IMG/VR virus record: IMGVR_UViG_3300017971_000201
Coordinates: 32,001-96,000 of that record
DNA length: 64,000 nucleotides
DNA from: a virus
Direction: 5' to 3' (one strand)
Part shown: piece after piece, positions 43,741 through 52,936 of the stretch
How the letters are laid out: each line of letters starts with the position of its first letter
How positions within the stretch are numbered: the stretch's first letter is position 1
The notes under the pieces: generated by a model
Told to the model about the DNA's origin: nothing
The model's input: the letters and a program-made list of their open reading frames with translations, nothing else
Databases searched by the model: none
Position numbers and translations under genes: made by a program

Positions 43741-45254
43741 CACACCGCCGCCTCTGTATCTGGTTCGACTCCCTCGCCGGAACCAGATCTGGTTGGAGGG
43801 GACTTGCCTCCAGTAAGCGGGACCTTCCCCCGCCCCACGTTCTTGTCGCCGCTGGCCGATTCCCTGACGAGTTCCAGGTCGGTCTCGTAGCCGTCCATCC
43901 CGATCCGGTGAACAGCTTTGATGATTCGATAGGCCCCGCTGAAAATAGAACTTCCGCACTCCACGTTTACGATCATCATCGGAACCAGGTGCGGGTGGCC
44001 GAGAACCGTAGCAGTAGCCTTCGTATTCATCCAGGTATTGGCATCCCGAACCAGACGCTTGGCGTTCTCATCCCGATTTGGCGCACCGTGGGGAGATCCG
44101 ACCACCTTCCCGGTGTCGTTAGGGCCGAAAGCCGGTTGCGAAACCACCTGGGTAGATTCGTCTACCTGGTAGGTGAGACCATCCGCGTTCGCCGCACCAG
44201 CCTGGTTCAACGAGCCGGTGTGCACCTCGTCAGCCATCAACAACGGGTCGTGCTTCTCCGAGCTTGTCTCTCCCGTATCCGGGTCGGCATGGAGATGAAT
44301 TATGCCCCTACCAGCTGGTGTAGAGAACATCGTCTCCTCTGCCCTCGTGGAGAACGCTGTCATGGGAAGATGTCGATCGCTGACCGGCTGCTGCATGAAC
44401 ACCAGCGTGTAGGACGCCTCCTCCCCTTTGATCTTGTTCATGTCGCCGACGATCACTTTGTCGCCGAGCACGTAAAACGAACACCTGTTCTCGTCGCAGA
44501 TTCGCCTGAAGAGCAGCCAGTCGCATTCATTTTGCTCAAGAAGCTCTGGCTCCGACTTGTTGAGCGGTCGTTGCGCTCTCAGCGGTGAATCGGCCGAGAC
44601 CATCGCCTCATCCACTGTCTGCTTGGTCTTACTTGCAATATGGCGCAGAATGCTGAGATCGGTCGGGAACGTACCGTCGACCGTCGCTTTCGACGCGGCG
44701 TTCTTGGATCGCGCGTAACTTTCTGTCGGCTGGCGCTCAATCCCACTGTTGGCGAACAGATCAACTCCCCTGATCGTGATCCGAATGTCGGTGCTCGACA
44801 TCTCCAGACCCGGCTTCATAATCGAGAAGATGTGAGTGTCGCTGGTGAGCCTCTTCCCGTAACTATTGCTCGGGAGCCACCCCCACTCGATCACCATGAC
44901 ACCATTCCTCTGGATCACTCGATCGTCGACGATCATGACGGCATCGGCGAATGGTGGTTCTATCGTGACCGATGCCTGAGAAAAAGCACCGCCCTCCATC
45001 GTGATTTCGATTGACGGCGAGAAGCTACGCATCGTGTTGCTGTAGTCGAATACCCCAGTAATGGTCCCACTTTTCGTCGCCCCAGTAGACTCTGGAATAG
45101 GTTGTGACTCATTACCGCCAACCTGCTCACCATCGACGTTGACGTTCCCCTCGAGCTGCTCCACGGTGAGGAACTTCAGCGTAAAGAACGGCGCAAAGAA
45201 GTCGCCCGCTCCCTCTGCGCCGGCAAACGGACTGGAGAGGCCCTTTTTGCCCAC
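43740..45254 (-). CDS. baseplate hub (gpD / gp27-like)
   Basis: QNECDW.LF.R, GHPHLVP and FSGAYRI.KAVH.I..GYET motifs; position upstream of the spike gene. Confidence 0.8.
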   Translation of the reverse strand: MGKKGLSSPFAGAEGAGDFFAPFFTLKFLTVEQLEGNVNVDGEQVGGNESQPIPESTGATKSGTITGVFDYSNTMRSFSPSIEITMEGGAFSQASVTIEPPFADAVMIVDDRVIQRNGVMVIEWGWLPSNSYGKRLTSDTHIFSIMKPGLEMSSTDIRITIRGVDLFANSGIERQPTESYARSKNAASKATVDGTFPTDLSILRHIASKTKQTVDEAMVSADSPLRAQRPLNKSEPELLEQNECDWLLFRRICDENRCSFYVLGDKVIVGDMNKIKGEEASYTLVFMQQPVSDRHLPMTAFSTRAEETMFSTPAGRGIIHLHADPDTGETSSEKHDPLLMADEVHTGSLNQAGAANADGLTYQVDESTQVVSQPAFGPNDTGKVVGSPHGAPNRDENAKRLVRDANTWMNTKATATVLGHPHLVPMMIVNVECGSSIFSGAYRIIKAVHRIGMDGYETDLELVRESASGDKNVGRGKVPLTGGKSPPTRSGSGEGVEPDTEAAV

Positions 45255-45562
45255 TAGAGGAGTCCTCGCTCACCGAGACTGAGCCTAGTTGGGATCTGGA
45301 TGCGCATCCCCGGAACGAAGTCGTTCGGCCAGAGCCGCATGTCGTTGCGGAGCATGATGAGGTGGCCGGTCGCGTCGTCGCCCAGCTCCTCGTAGGCGAG
45401 ACTGTCCGGCCGATCGAGGTAGTGAACGATGTACTCGTGGTCGTCCAGGTGCGCCCCGACAGCTGGTGGCCTGGTCTTGTCCCACCAGATCGCCTCCTCG
45501 TACTTGACGAGGGTAGCGAAGCGAAGCGGACCCCTCTGGTTTCGTCTGATCGGACTCGCCAT
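45254..45562 (-). CDS. LysM-like baseplate protein (gpX / gp53-like)
   Basis: Y.V...DRPDSLAYE.LGD...IM.RN...PG..IQIP pattern. Confidence 0.8.
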   Translation of the reverse strand: MASPIRRNQRGPLRFATLVKYEEAIWWDKTRPPAVGAHLDDHEYIVHYLDRPDSLAYEELGDDATGHLIMLRNDMRLWPNDFVPGMRIQIPTRLSLGERGLL

Positions 45563-48500
45563 TACCCGGTCCCCGCTCCTGCTTCTTCAGCCGATGCTCT
45601 TCTAGCTACCTCTTGCTCGAAGGCGCCGCCCACACCACGGAAGCTGATGTTCAGCTTCACCTTCTGGTCGCCTCCTCCGCGACCCTCGAGCTGGTTGACA
45701 ACCGACCTCCAGACCTCCGCCGGAATGGCCCCAGCGCCAGCCCCGCCGGCCTTGTCGGCCACATCGCCCGCCGCGCTCCTGGCCTCCCGAGCACGCATGG
45801 CCTCTTCCATACCGCGCTGTCGGGCCTCCTCGAGCTTCGTCTGCGCCTCCTCGAAGGAGATCTCGCCTTTCGAGACGCCCCTGGTCAACGTGCGGAGCGA
45901 GGTCTCCATGTGCTTGCGGAGCGCTGACTCTGCCCCACGGAGCTGAGACTCATCGAAGCCACCAGACTCCTTTGCCTGACGTTGCAACTCCACGATGGCG
46001 CTCTCGACAGCGCTCTTGTGTTCGCCGAGGAACCTCTTGGCCTCTTCCTTGCGCTGTTTTGTCACATGAAGCGTCTGCTCAAGTTGGGACTGCTCCGCTT
46101 GGTACCTAGCCTCGGCAAGCTGTGACGCCCTCTCGCGTTCGTCCATGTCGGTTTGAAGTTGTTGAATGCGCCTGTCCACCGCCTCGGTTCGTTCCGCTCG
46201 CTCGGCCGCGCCCGTCTTCTTGATCGTCTTGATCAAGTCCTCGTAGCCTGCGGATTGCTCCTCATGAGACTTTCTCGCTGTAGCGGCCGTAGCAGCCAGC
46301 GCGTTGCCCACTCCGGCAACCGCGTTCTCCGCCTTGGTGATCCCGGATACGATCGAGGCCGCCGTATCGCTTACGCTGGCGAACGGCTCGACGAGCTGCT
46401 TCACCGTAGCCAGGGCGTCGGAGATCATCGGCGTCAGCGCGCCGGTGATGCCGGCCAGGACTTCCAGAATGGTGGCCTTCATCCCGGAGAACGATGTGCT
46501 GATCTCGGACGCGATCATCACGCCGGCGACGCGCGCCTTCTCCTGGAGCCAGCTCCAGGCATTGACTCCGGCCTCCTTCAGCAGCTCCCAACCGATGATG
46601 ATCCGGTCGATGGTGTTGAGAACGCCGACCGCGATCTCCGTGGCGCCGACGACGAATACCTCCTCCACCTCGCTCCAGAGGAGGTGCGCCTGGGCAAACC
46701 AGTTGGCGAACCCGGTGTCGAAGGCATCTCGGAACTCGGGGAAGAACTTGTCGGCGAGCCAACCGGGAATGCCCAGCAGGACGTTGTCGAAGAAGCTGGC
46801 GACAGTGACGACCGCCGCTTCCAAGCCGCCTCGGAACTTCTCGACACCGGTTGCATCAGGATCAGAGAGCGTCTCACTCATCCGATCCATGCCGTCCATG
46901 ACGGCGTAGATACCAGAGACAACGAGACCGATCGGCCCCAACATCCTGAAGAAGAGCGGACCGACCTTGCTCAGTGCTCCGGCGATCCTGGGGAAGCGGC
47001 CGAGCACCTTGCCCAGCGGGCCGAACACCTTACCGAGTATGCGCAGCTTGCCGAAGGTCGCCGCCGCGCCCCCGGCCACGCTCAGCAGCCCACCGAACAC
47101 CGTGCTCAGGAGCAGGACACCCTTGCCGACCGCGCCCAGGACGGGAGTGATCACTTCCCCCCACGCCCTGATCTCATCGCTCTCGATGAGGGCCTGGACC
47201 TGCATGTTGAAGCTGGCGAGCGCGTCCTTCGCGCCGCCGAACGTCTCTTTCAGCACCTCAGTCAGGCCGGTCTGCGTGAGGAACGCGATGCCGAGCTGCT
47301 TGACGTTGAACCACATCTTCTGTAGTTCTTTCGTCGTATCGAGCATCCCGTCCGTTAGTTCCTTGAAGGACTGGGTTCCGGCGGCGGCGCCAAGCGCGCG
47401 TCGTCTCTCAGCCTCCGCGTGCGCATCGACCAGCTTGAGGTAGTCCTTCTCGTACTCGATCGCGCGCATGAGTTCTTCGGGAAGCTCGTCGCGAAGTTGC
47501 TCCATGAACCTGTCGTGAACGTACTGGTCTGGAAGCCGGTCAAGCTCGTAGCGCATCCGTTCCACGAACGCCAGCGGCTCCTTCTGCGCGTCTGCCATGA
47601 TGCGAGCGCCCTCGTCGAGATTGATACCGATCATCATCATCGACTGGGCAAGCGGGTCGAAGTCGTCCTCGAGACCAAGGAACACACGCCTGTGCGTCCG
47701 CGTGGCCTTGGCGAAGCGCTCGAATGTCCGCTGGGCAGCCTGTACAGCCTCAGCCATCGTCTTGCCGAACGCCTTGGCGTAAACGCCAGCCGTCTGGGAG
47801 ACGCTCTTGACGATCCCAGCGCCAGAGCCGACGACCGCCTTACCGAACTGGACCGTGGCGCTCATCGCCTCGTCGATCACCCCAGGGAGCTGCTCCATCA
47901 TCCCCGGCATTCGGAACGCCGTCTGGAACTTGGTGGCGTCGTCGAGGGCTCCGACCATCGATCCGCCGAACGACCTCATGTTGGCATCGGCCTTGGCGAT
48001 CTCCTGGCCGCTCACGCCGTAGAGATCGTTGAGGGCGATGAACGCCTGTTGCTGGCCCTCGGACAGCTCGGTCAGGGAGACGCCGGCCGCCGCCAATCCC
48101 TGGGTCATTCTGGTCACTTCGCCGATGCTGAACTGGGTCGTACCGACCAGCTGGAGCATCTCACTGCGGAGTTGGTAAGCCTCCTCGCGGCCTTGGCCGA
48201 AGCCGGCCGACATCTTCCGGGACGCGTCCTCCAGCTCGACGAACACGTCGCCCTCTCGGCCCATGAACTCGAGGCGCTCGATACTCTCGGCGACCCCGCT
48301 GATGGCCTCGCCGCTCTCCTTCAGCTCGCGGCCGAGCGCGGAGAACACAGGTGACCCGGCCGAGGCGGCCTTGAGCAGCTCCCTGAACGAGCTGACCGTC
48401 TTGGTAGCCCCGAGCGCAACACGCTCGAGCCCGTTCATGTTCTCCCACGTCATCGTGGTGAACCGTCCCTGCTCATCGCGGATCTGGCTCATCCACTTGG

Positions 48501-48807
48501 GGAGCTTCTTGAGATCGGTGCCGACGAGACCGAGCGATTGGCTGAGCAGCCTGGCGGACGCTTCGAACTTGGTGAAGGCGATGTCCGTGTCGGTGACCCT
48601 GATGGTCAGATCCTCGCTGCTCTCGGCCGCCTCCTCGAGCGAGGGGACGACGGAGCCGCCGACTAACGCATGGTCAAGCCCGTCGGCGGCCTTCGTCGCC
48701 CCCTCGGTCGACTCGGCTAACGAGACCAGCGCGGCGTCGACCGACTGCACAGCCTTCGTCGCGTGGTCAACGACCGTGAGGCCGATTCCCAGGTTGTATA
48801 TCTCCAC
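45562..48807 (-). CDS. tail tape measure protein
   Basis: 1081 aa, helical and Ala/Gly-rich with a central hydrophobic region; lies between chaperone and baseplate genes. Confidence 0.85.
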   Translation of the reverse strand: MEIYNLGIGLTVVDHATKAVQSVDAALVSLAESTEGATKAADGLDHALVGGSVVPSLEEAAESSEDLTIRVTDTDIAFTKFEASARLLSQSLGLVGTDLKKLPKWMSQIRDEQGRFTTMTWENMNGLERVALGATKTVSSFRELLKAASAGSPVFSALGRELKESGEAISGVAESIERLEFMGREGDVFVELEDASRKMSAGFGQGREEAYQLRSEMLQLVGTTQFSIGEVTRMTQGLAAAGVSLTELSEGQQQAFIALNDLYGVSGQEIAKADANMRSFGGSMVGALDDATKFQTAFRMPGMMEQLPGVIDEAMSATVQFGKAVVGSGAGIVKSVSQTAGVYAKAFGKTMAEAVQAAQRTFERFAKATRTHRRVFLGLEDDFDPLAQSMMMIGINLDEGARIMADAQKEPLAFVERMRYELDRLPDQYVHDRFMEQLRDELPEELMRAIEYEKDYLKLVDAHAEAERRRALGAAAGTQSFKELTDGMLDTTKELQKMWFNVKQLGIAFLTQTGLTEVLKETFGGAKDALASFNMQVQALIESDEIRAWGEVITPVLGAVGKGVLLLSTVFGGLLSVAGGAAATFGKLRILGKVFGPLGKVLGRFPRIAGALSKVGPLFFRMLGPIGLVVSGIYAVMDGMDRMSETLSDPDATGVEKFRGGLEAAVVTVASFFDNVLLGIPGWLADKFFPEFRDAFDTGFANWFAQAHLLWSEVEEVFVVGATEIAVGVLNTIDRIIIGWELLKEAGVNAWSWLQEKARVAGVMIASEISTSFSGMKATILEVLAGITGALTPMISDALATVKQLVEPFASVSDTAASIVSGITKAENAVAGVGNALAATAATARKSHEEQSAGYEDLIKTIKKTGAAERAERTEAVDRRIQQLQTDMDERERASQLAEARYQAEQSQLEQTLHVTKQRKEEAKRFLGEHKSAVESAIVELQRQAKESGGFDESQLRGAESALRKHMETSLRTLTRGVSKGEISFEEAQTKLEEARQRGMEEAMRAREARSAAGDVADKAGGAGAGAIPAEVWRSVVNQLEGRGGGDQKVKLNISFRGVGGAFEQEVARRASAEEAGAGTG

Positions 48808-48810
48808 GCC

Positions 48811-49149
48811 TTAGACCCCCAGGGCAGCTCCACTAGATGGCCGCTCGGCAATCGGCCGACCGACGTGTGGGCTCAGGCCAGTAGAGTAGGTTACCTGGCG
48901 TTGAGTCCCGCCGCCGCCCGACTTACGCGCTCGGACTATCTCCTCTCGTATTTTCACCAACCGATGCCTTCGTGACGAGGGCATTTGCATGATGTCCTCG
49001 TAGGGCTGATTGTAGGCTTCCATGAGGAACACGATGTCGTGCTCCAGGTTGGATCGGGAACCGAGAGGCAGGAACGCATGGAAGCGCGGTCCTACAACCA
49101 GTTCAGCGCCTCGGCCGTAACAGGCTCGGCTCCCGTGTTCGAGAAAAAA
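48811..49149 (-). CDS. tail assembly chaperone C-terminal extension (-1 frameshift product)
   Basis: The -1 frame is open from the slippery T TTT TTC (49149-49143) to the stop at 48811; LEHDIVFLMEAYNQPYEDIMQMPSSRR. Confidence 0.7.
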   Translation of the reverse strand, partial: FFLEHGSRACYGRGAELVVGPRFHAFLPLGSRSNLEHDIVFLMEAYNQPYEDIMQMPSSRRHRLVKIREEIVRARKSGGGGTQRQVTYSTGLSPHVGRPIAERPSSGAALGV

Positions 49150-49991
49150 GCCTGCCCCAGGTCGAGCGGGAACTCGAACTCGCAGGTGCAGAGACGGCCA
49201 GAACAGCTGACCTGAACGCTCGTGTCCACGTCGGCCTCCATCGCGTTGTAGACCTCGCGGAGGTGGTTCCGGTCGTCCTTGGGTAGCGCCTTCACCAGCT
49301 CCAGGTCTCGCTGCGGATCGCCGAGCGTGATCATCTGCTTCTGCTTCTGCGGAGGCTGGCCGTCAGCCCCGGGAACTTCGGTTTCGATCTCGAGCTGCTC
49401 GAGCCTGGCCAGGATCGCGTAGGACCGCAGATCTTTCTGGTTCAGGCTGAGGCCCGTGAGCTTCTCCTCGTGACCGGCCGTCAGCACGCGCACGATCGCC
49501 TTCCGGCCGGATCGACGGAGCGTGACCTCGACCCGCCGCTTCCCGACCCTGTCCTCGGGAACATCGGTCATCTTGATCGTCCGCAGGTCGAGCTGCTTGT
49601 TCTTGTTCATGTGGCCGCAGCGCGGGCACGGGCGCTCGAACTTGTAGATGTCGCCTACCGAGCACCGGCGGAGGAAGATCCGCATGGCGAGCCGATCGGA
49701 CGACGTGATCGGCAGACCGACCGGCAGTGTGTCTCCGATGATCGCCTTGATCTTCTCCGGGTCGGTGACGTCGCCGATCTTCTCGCAGCAGGCCGAGAGG
49801 AACATGGTCGTCCTCTCGTGAACGAGAAGCTCGTCATCGTCCATGACGTCTTCCTCGTAGCCCTTCATCTCCCGGAGAATGACGGTCTTGTGGACCTTGC
49901 CCTGCTCGTCCACGTAGCCGCAGGGGAGCCGGTACTGCCCCCTGCCCTTGCCGAACACTTCCACCCCTGGAACATCAACGATCCCTGGCAC
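49092..49991 (-). CDS. tail assembly chaperone / T4 gp26-like protein
   Basis: LPCGYVD, LREMKGYEED, DR....FLRR.SVG, CPRCG, and C-terminal C..C..LDLG..FF. Confidence 0.8.
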   Translation of the reverse strand: MPGIVDVPGVEVFGKGRGQYRLPCGYVDEQGKVHKTVILREMKGYEEDVMDDDELLVHERTTMFLSACCEKIGDVTDPEKIKAIIGDTLPVGLPITSSDRLAMRIFLRRCSVGDIYKFERPCPRCGHMNKNKQLDLRTIKMTDVPEDRVGKRRVEVTLRRSGRKAIVRVLTAGHEEKLTGLSLNQKDLRSYAILARLEQLEIETEVPGADGQPPQKQKQMITLGDPQRDLELVKALPKDDRNHLREVYNAMEADVDTSVQVSCSGRLCTCEFEFPLDLGQAFFSNTGAEPVTAEALNWL

Positions 49992-50477
49992 CTATGCCTC
50001 CTTCTCGAGCGCGTACCTCGCCAAGCGCTCGACGATCTCTGGATCCTCGGCCAGCACCTTGAGACCGTCGGCGACGGTCCATCCCCAACGCTGGCAGAAG
50101 GTGAACAGCCTGTCGTGGGCCTCGCTCGAGATCGCCACCCGAACGACGTCCGTGCCCTCCCCTCCGTTGCCCCTGTGGGCCACGTAGGAGCGCAGGAGAG
50201 CCTCGATCACGGCAGAGATGGTCCCGTGCCCCTCCTCCTTGATTTTGGCCTCCAGAGCGCCCCGGAGGACGTGTGAGAGCTGCATGTTGGTCCGCCGGCC
50301 GGCCGGGTGCTCTCGCGCGGGCGCTGGCAGGCGTCGGTCCCCATCGAGCCACTCCAGCACGACCTGGCGGATGACCTCGGTCTGTGAGCGGCCCGTCTCC
50401 TCGCAGTAGGCCGCGAGGGTGTCGTCTAAGTCTTCTGGTATGACGAAGTTAAGACGCGGCTTCAGGATGGCTTCCAT
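49992..50477 (-). CDS. triple ribbon-helix-helix DNA-binding protein
   Basis: Three RHH-like units beginning RLNFVIPEDL, RTNMQLSHVL and VRVAISSEAH. Confidence 0.7.
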   Translation of the reverse strand: MEAILKPRLNFVIPEDLDDTLAAYCEETGRSQTEVIRQVVLEWLDGDRRLPAPAREHPAGRRTNMQLSHVLRGALEAKIKEEGHGTISAVIEALLRSYVAHRGNGGEGTDVVRVAISSEAHDRLFTFCQRWGWTVADGLKVLAEDPEIVERLARYALEKEA

Positions 50478-50538
50478 GAGGGGATTCTCCTCACTTGAGG
50501 AGGCATTCTGCCTCATGGAACCTGAAGGCGCAACCCCT

Positions 50539-51066
50539 CTACACCTGGGGCACGGGCAGCGGCAGGATCTCGACCCGCTCGACCGAGAGGGTCAGCTCCT
50601 CCATCACGACCTCGGAGCCGGAGGCGTCCAGGTCGGTCGCCGGCCGCCATGTGGACGGGATGCAGTCACGCAGCCAGAGCATCCGCTGTGGAATCCGCTT
50701 CTGGTTCCGGGTCTGGACGACGATGAGACTCCGCCGGGGCGCGACGCGGCCCCAGACGACCTGCTGGAACCAGAGCCACATGTCGAGGTTCGTGTTGAAG
50801 ACCGCGAAGCGGATCGTGCACTCGCCGCCAGCGACGTAGCCCTGCGGCACGTGGTGCGTGAACGGCCAGTTCCCCTCGCGGATGTCCTTCATGTCCACTG
50901 TCATCTCGGGGATCGAGATCGACTGGAAGCCGACGTAGCTCCCGTTGTTGATCGCGCTCTGGACGGCCTTGACCGGAAACGCGGTGGGGAAGACGCCGGC
51001 AACGGGAACATCCAGCAACGCGAAGTTGTGGCTCAGGAGCGGATCACTGTTCACCGATCTAGCCAT
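50539..51066 (-). CDS. tail tube-like protein 2 (T4 gp19 family)
   Basis: DPLLSHNF, GFQSIS.PE, IREGN, CIPS.W....LDASGSEVVMEELTL; TAGGAT 6 nt before the ATG. Confidence 0.85.
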   Translation of the reverse strand: MARSVNSDPLLSHNFALLDVPVAGVFPTAFPVKAVQSAINNGSYVGFQSISIPEMTVDMKDIREGNWPFTHHVPQGYVAGGECTIRFAVFNTNLDMWLWFQQVVWGRVAPRRSLIVVQTRNQKRIPQRMLWLRDCIPSTWRPATDLDASGSEVVMEELTLSVERVEILPLPVPQV

Positions 51067-51075
51067 GGCGCCATC

Positions 51076-52935
51076 CTACCGCGTCTTGAGCTTGCGCCGC
51101 TTCCCCTTCTTCGGCCGGATGCCCAGACCGCCGAGCACCTTCTTCTTGAGGTGCTCGGGCGCTCCAGCCAGCTGAGCCTCGAGCCACGCCTTGCCCTTTG
51201 GGTTCTCGAGCGGCTTCGCCAGGATCCGCGTGGCGAACCGGTGCATCCTCGGCTCGATCTCGGTGCGGAACTCGACGCTGCTCGTGTCGTACGTCCCCTT
51301 GTTCTCGATCTCGTAGTAGCGGTGACCGAACTTCTGCTTGTAGACCTGGGCGGCCTTCGCCACCGCCTTGTGCGAGGCGACCACATCTGCGTCAGGAACC
51401 GTCCGTCCCCGTGCTTGGTTGCGGGCGCGGGCAACGTCGAGAGGGGTGACCACCATCACCATGGAGCAGTCGTAGCCGAGGTCTTCGAGCGCCCTCTTGC
51501 CTTTCAGGATGTAGGTGGGGTTCTTGGCGGTGCCATCGACGACCATGCCGAGCCGCCCGCGCGCGAATTGCTCGCGCTGATTCATCATCGTGTACCACGA
51601 GCGGTCGTGCAGCTCCTTCCCGATCGATGGGAACTTGGGGTTGTCAGTCGGTAACTGGAAGGCCGTCTTGAGATCGATGCCCTTCTGCCGTACGCGCCAG
51701 GCGAAGATCTCGTCCATGCTCAGCGCCTTGAGCCCGAAGGCTGCGCCGAGCTGGCTGCCGAGCTTCCCGAACATCGTGCCGGCGGTGAAGCTCTTGCCCG
51801 AGTTGTGGTGGACGGCTCCCTCGGCCACGTAGTTCGCCCAGCGCGGCACGGTCAGGTCGTAGTAGACCCCCTCACCCGCTGGCTTGATCGTCCGCACTCG
51901 TTTCCACATGCTATGATAACGGCATGACGCCACAGCAGCTTGATGAGATGGAGCGCCTCTACCAAGAGGGCTGGAACTCGGTCCAGCTCGGTCTTCGCTA
52001 CGACCGAACGCCGCCGACGATCCGCTACCACCTACGGAAGCGCGGTGCGACGGTGCGCTCCCGTGGAGAGGCGAACCGGCTCCGCGCCCCGAGCGCGCGC
52101 TGTCAGGTAGACGAAGCGAAACTGCGCGAGCTTCACGGTCGGGGTCTGAGAACGAGGGAGATCGGGTCTGCTCTTGGTGTAAGCGCGGAGACTGTTCGCC
52201 GCCGCCTGCGAGACCTGGGCATCGCTCGCCACCAGCGCGGAGCGCCTGGGGAGCGGAATCGTCACTGGCAGGGGGGCCGCATCGTGGACGACGATGGCTA
52301 CGTGCTCGTCCACCGACCGGATCACCCGTTTGCGACGAAGGCCGGCTACATGCGCGAGCACCGGCTGGTGATGGAGGCGCACCTGGGTCGCTACCTTGAT
52401 CCGTCTGAGGTTGTCCACCACGCAGACAAGAACCCGCAGAACAATGCGCCGTCGAACCTGAAGCTCTACGCGACGAACGCAGAGCATCTTCGGGACGAAC
52501 AGACCGGAGTTCCGAAGAACGTGTCACCGGAAGGTCGCCGCAGGCTGCAAGCCGCTGGTCGCAAGAGTGGCGCAACTCGGAGAGCGAAAGCCAGCCGGAA
52601 GGCGTCAGGAAGCGGTGCTCGTCAGTCACGGTGACGCGCGACCCGTCCTCCAGCTCGATCTCGTGCAGCTCCGCCACACCCTTCACAAACGGCGCGTTGC
52701 ACTCGACCGGCTCGAACCCATCCGGTGTCAGTGCAAGTACGGTGATCGGCCCTCCGCGCTCGGCCAGCGCGTCTACGCGCTCCTCCAGTCCCGTACGCGG
52801 ATCGAGGATCTTCGTGTGCGGCGCGATGCAGCCCATACCGCCGCCGAGGAAGATCACCTTGAGGATGTGCGGATCGAAGACGCCTTCGTGCAGGCTCCGG
52901 GCAGCTGCCGGAACGATCCGCTCGAACAGGCACAC
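51076..52935 (-). CDS. P-loop kinase (AAA_33/zeta-toxin-like) interrupted by an intein
   Basis: KVIFLGGGMG|SGKS, GRLGMVVDGT and GYD.SMV.V.TPLDVARARN..RGRTVP; GTG 52935. Confidence 0.8.
   Translation of the reverse strand: MCLFERIVPAAARSLHEGVFDPHILKVIFLGGGMGCIAPHTKILDPRTGLEERVDALAERGGPITVLALTPDGFEPVECNAPFVKGVAELHEIELEDGSRVTVTDEHRFLTPSGWLSLSELRHSCDQRLAACGDLPVTRSSELRSVRPEDALRSSRRASGSTAHCSAGSCLRGGQPQTDQGSDPGAPPSPAGARACSRPSSQTGDPVGGRARSHRRPRCGPPASDDSAPQALRAGGERCPGLAGGGEQSPRLHQEQTRSPSFSDPDREARAVSLRLPDSARSGRGAGSPLHGSAPSHRASVGGSGSSAAFGRSEDRAGPSSSPLGRGAPSHQAAVASCRYHSMWKRVRTIKPAGEGVYYDLTVPRWANYVAEGAVHHNSGKSFTAGTMFGKLGSQLGAAFGLKALSMDEIFAWRVRQKGIDLKTAFQLPTDNPKFPSIGKELHDRSWYTMMNQREQFARGRLGMVVDGTAKNPTYILKGKRALEDLGYDCSMVMVVTPLDVARARNQARGRTVPDADVVASHKAVAKAAQVYKQKFGHRYYEIENKGTYDTSSVEFRTEIEPRMHRFATRILAKPLENPKGKAWLEAQLAGAPEHLKKKVLGGLGIRPKKGKRRKLKTR
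51909..51917 (+). promoter_or_regulatory. extended -10 (TGcTATGAT) for a leaderless HNH mRNA
   Basis: Lies 6 nt before ATG 51924; no RBS present. Confidence 0.6.
51924..52634 (+). CDS. HNH homing endonuclease, antisense within the intein
   Basis: Two HTH repeats, WQGG...DGYV, and YMREHRLVMEAHLGRYL...VVHHADKNPQNNAPSNL. Confidence 0.88.
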   Translation: MTPQQLDEMERLYQEGWNSVQLGLRYDRTPPTIRYHLRKRGATVRSRGEANRLRAPSARCQVDEAKLRELHGRGLRTREIGSALGVSAETVRRRLRDLGIARHQRGAPGERNRHWQGGRIVDDDGYVLVHRPDHPFATKAGYMREHRLVMEAHLGRYLDPSEVVHHADKNPQNNAPSNLKLYATNAEHLRDEQTGVPKNVSPEGRRRLQAAGRKSGATRRAKASRKASGSGARQSR

Positions 52936-52936
52936 G

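Larger units (their letters stand above)
51802..52830 (-). mobile_element. intein (343 aa) whose interior encodes an antisense HNH gene
   Basis: Starts CIAPHTKI; block B VTVTDEHRFLT; block F VYYDLTVP; ends VHHN followed by extein Ser. Confidence 0.9.

Noticed and set aside
51076-52935. Epsilon/zeta toxin-antitoxin pair
   Set aside because: The kinase is only zeta-like. Upstream genes show propeptide-like starts rather than recognisable antitoxin features.
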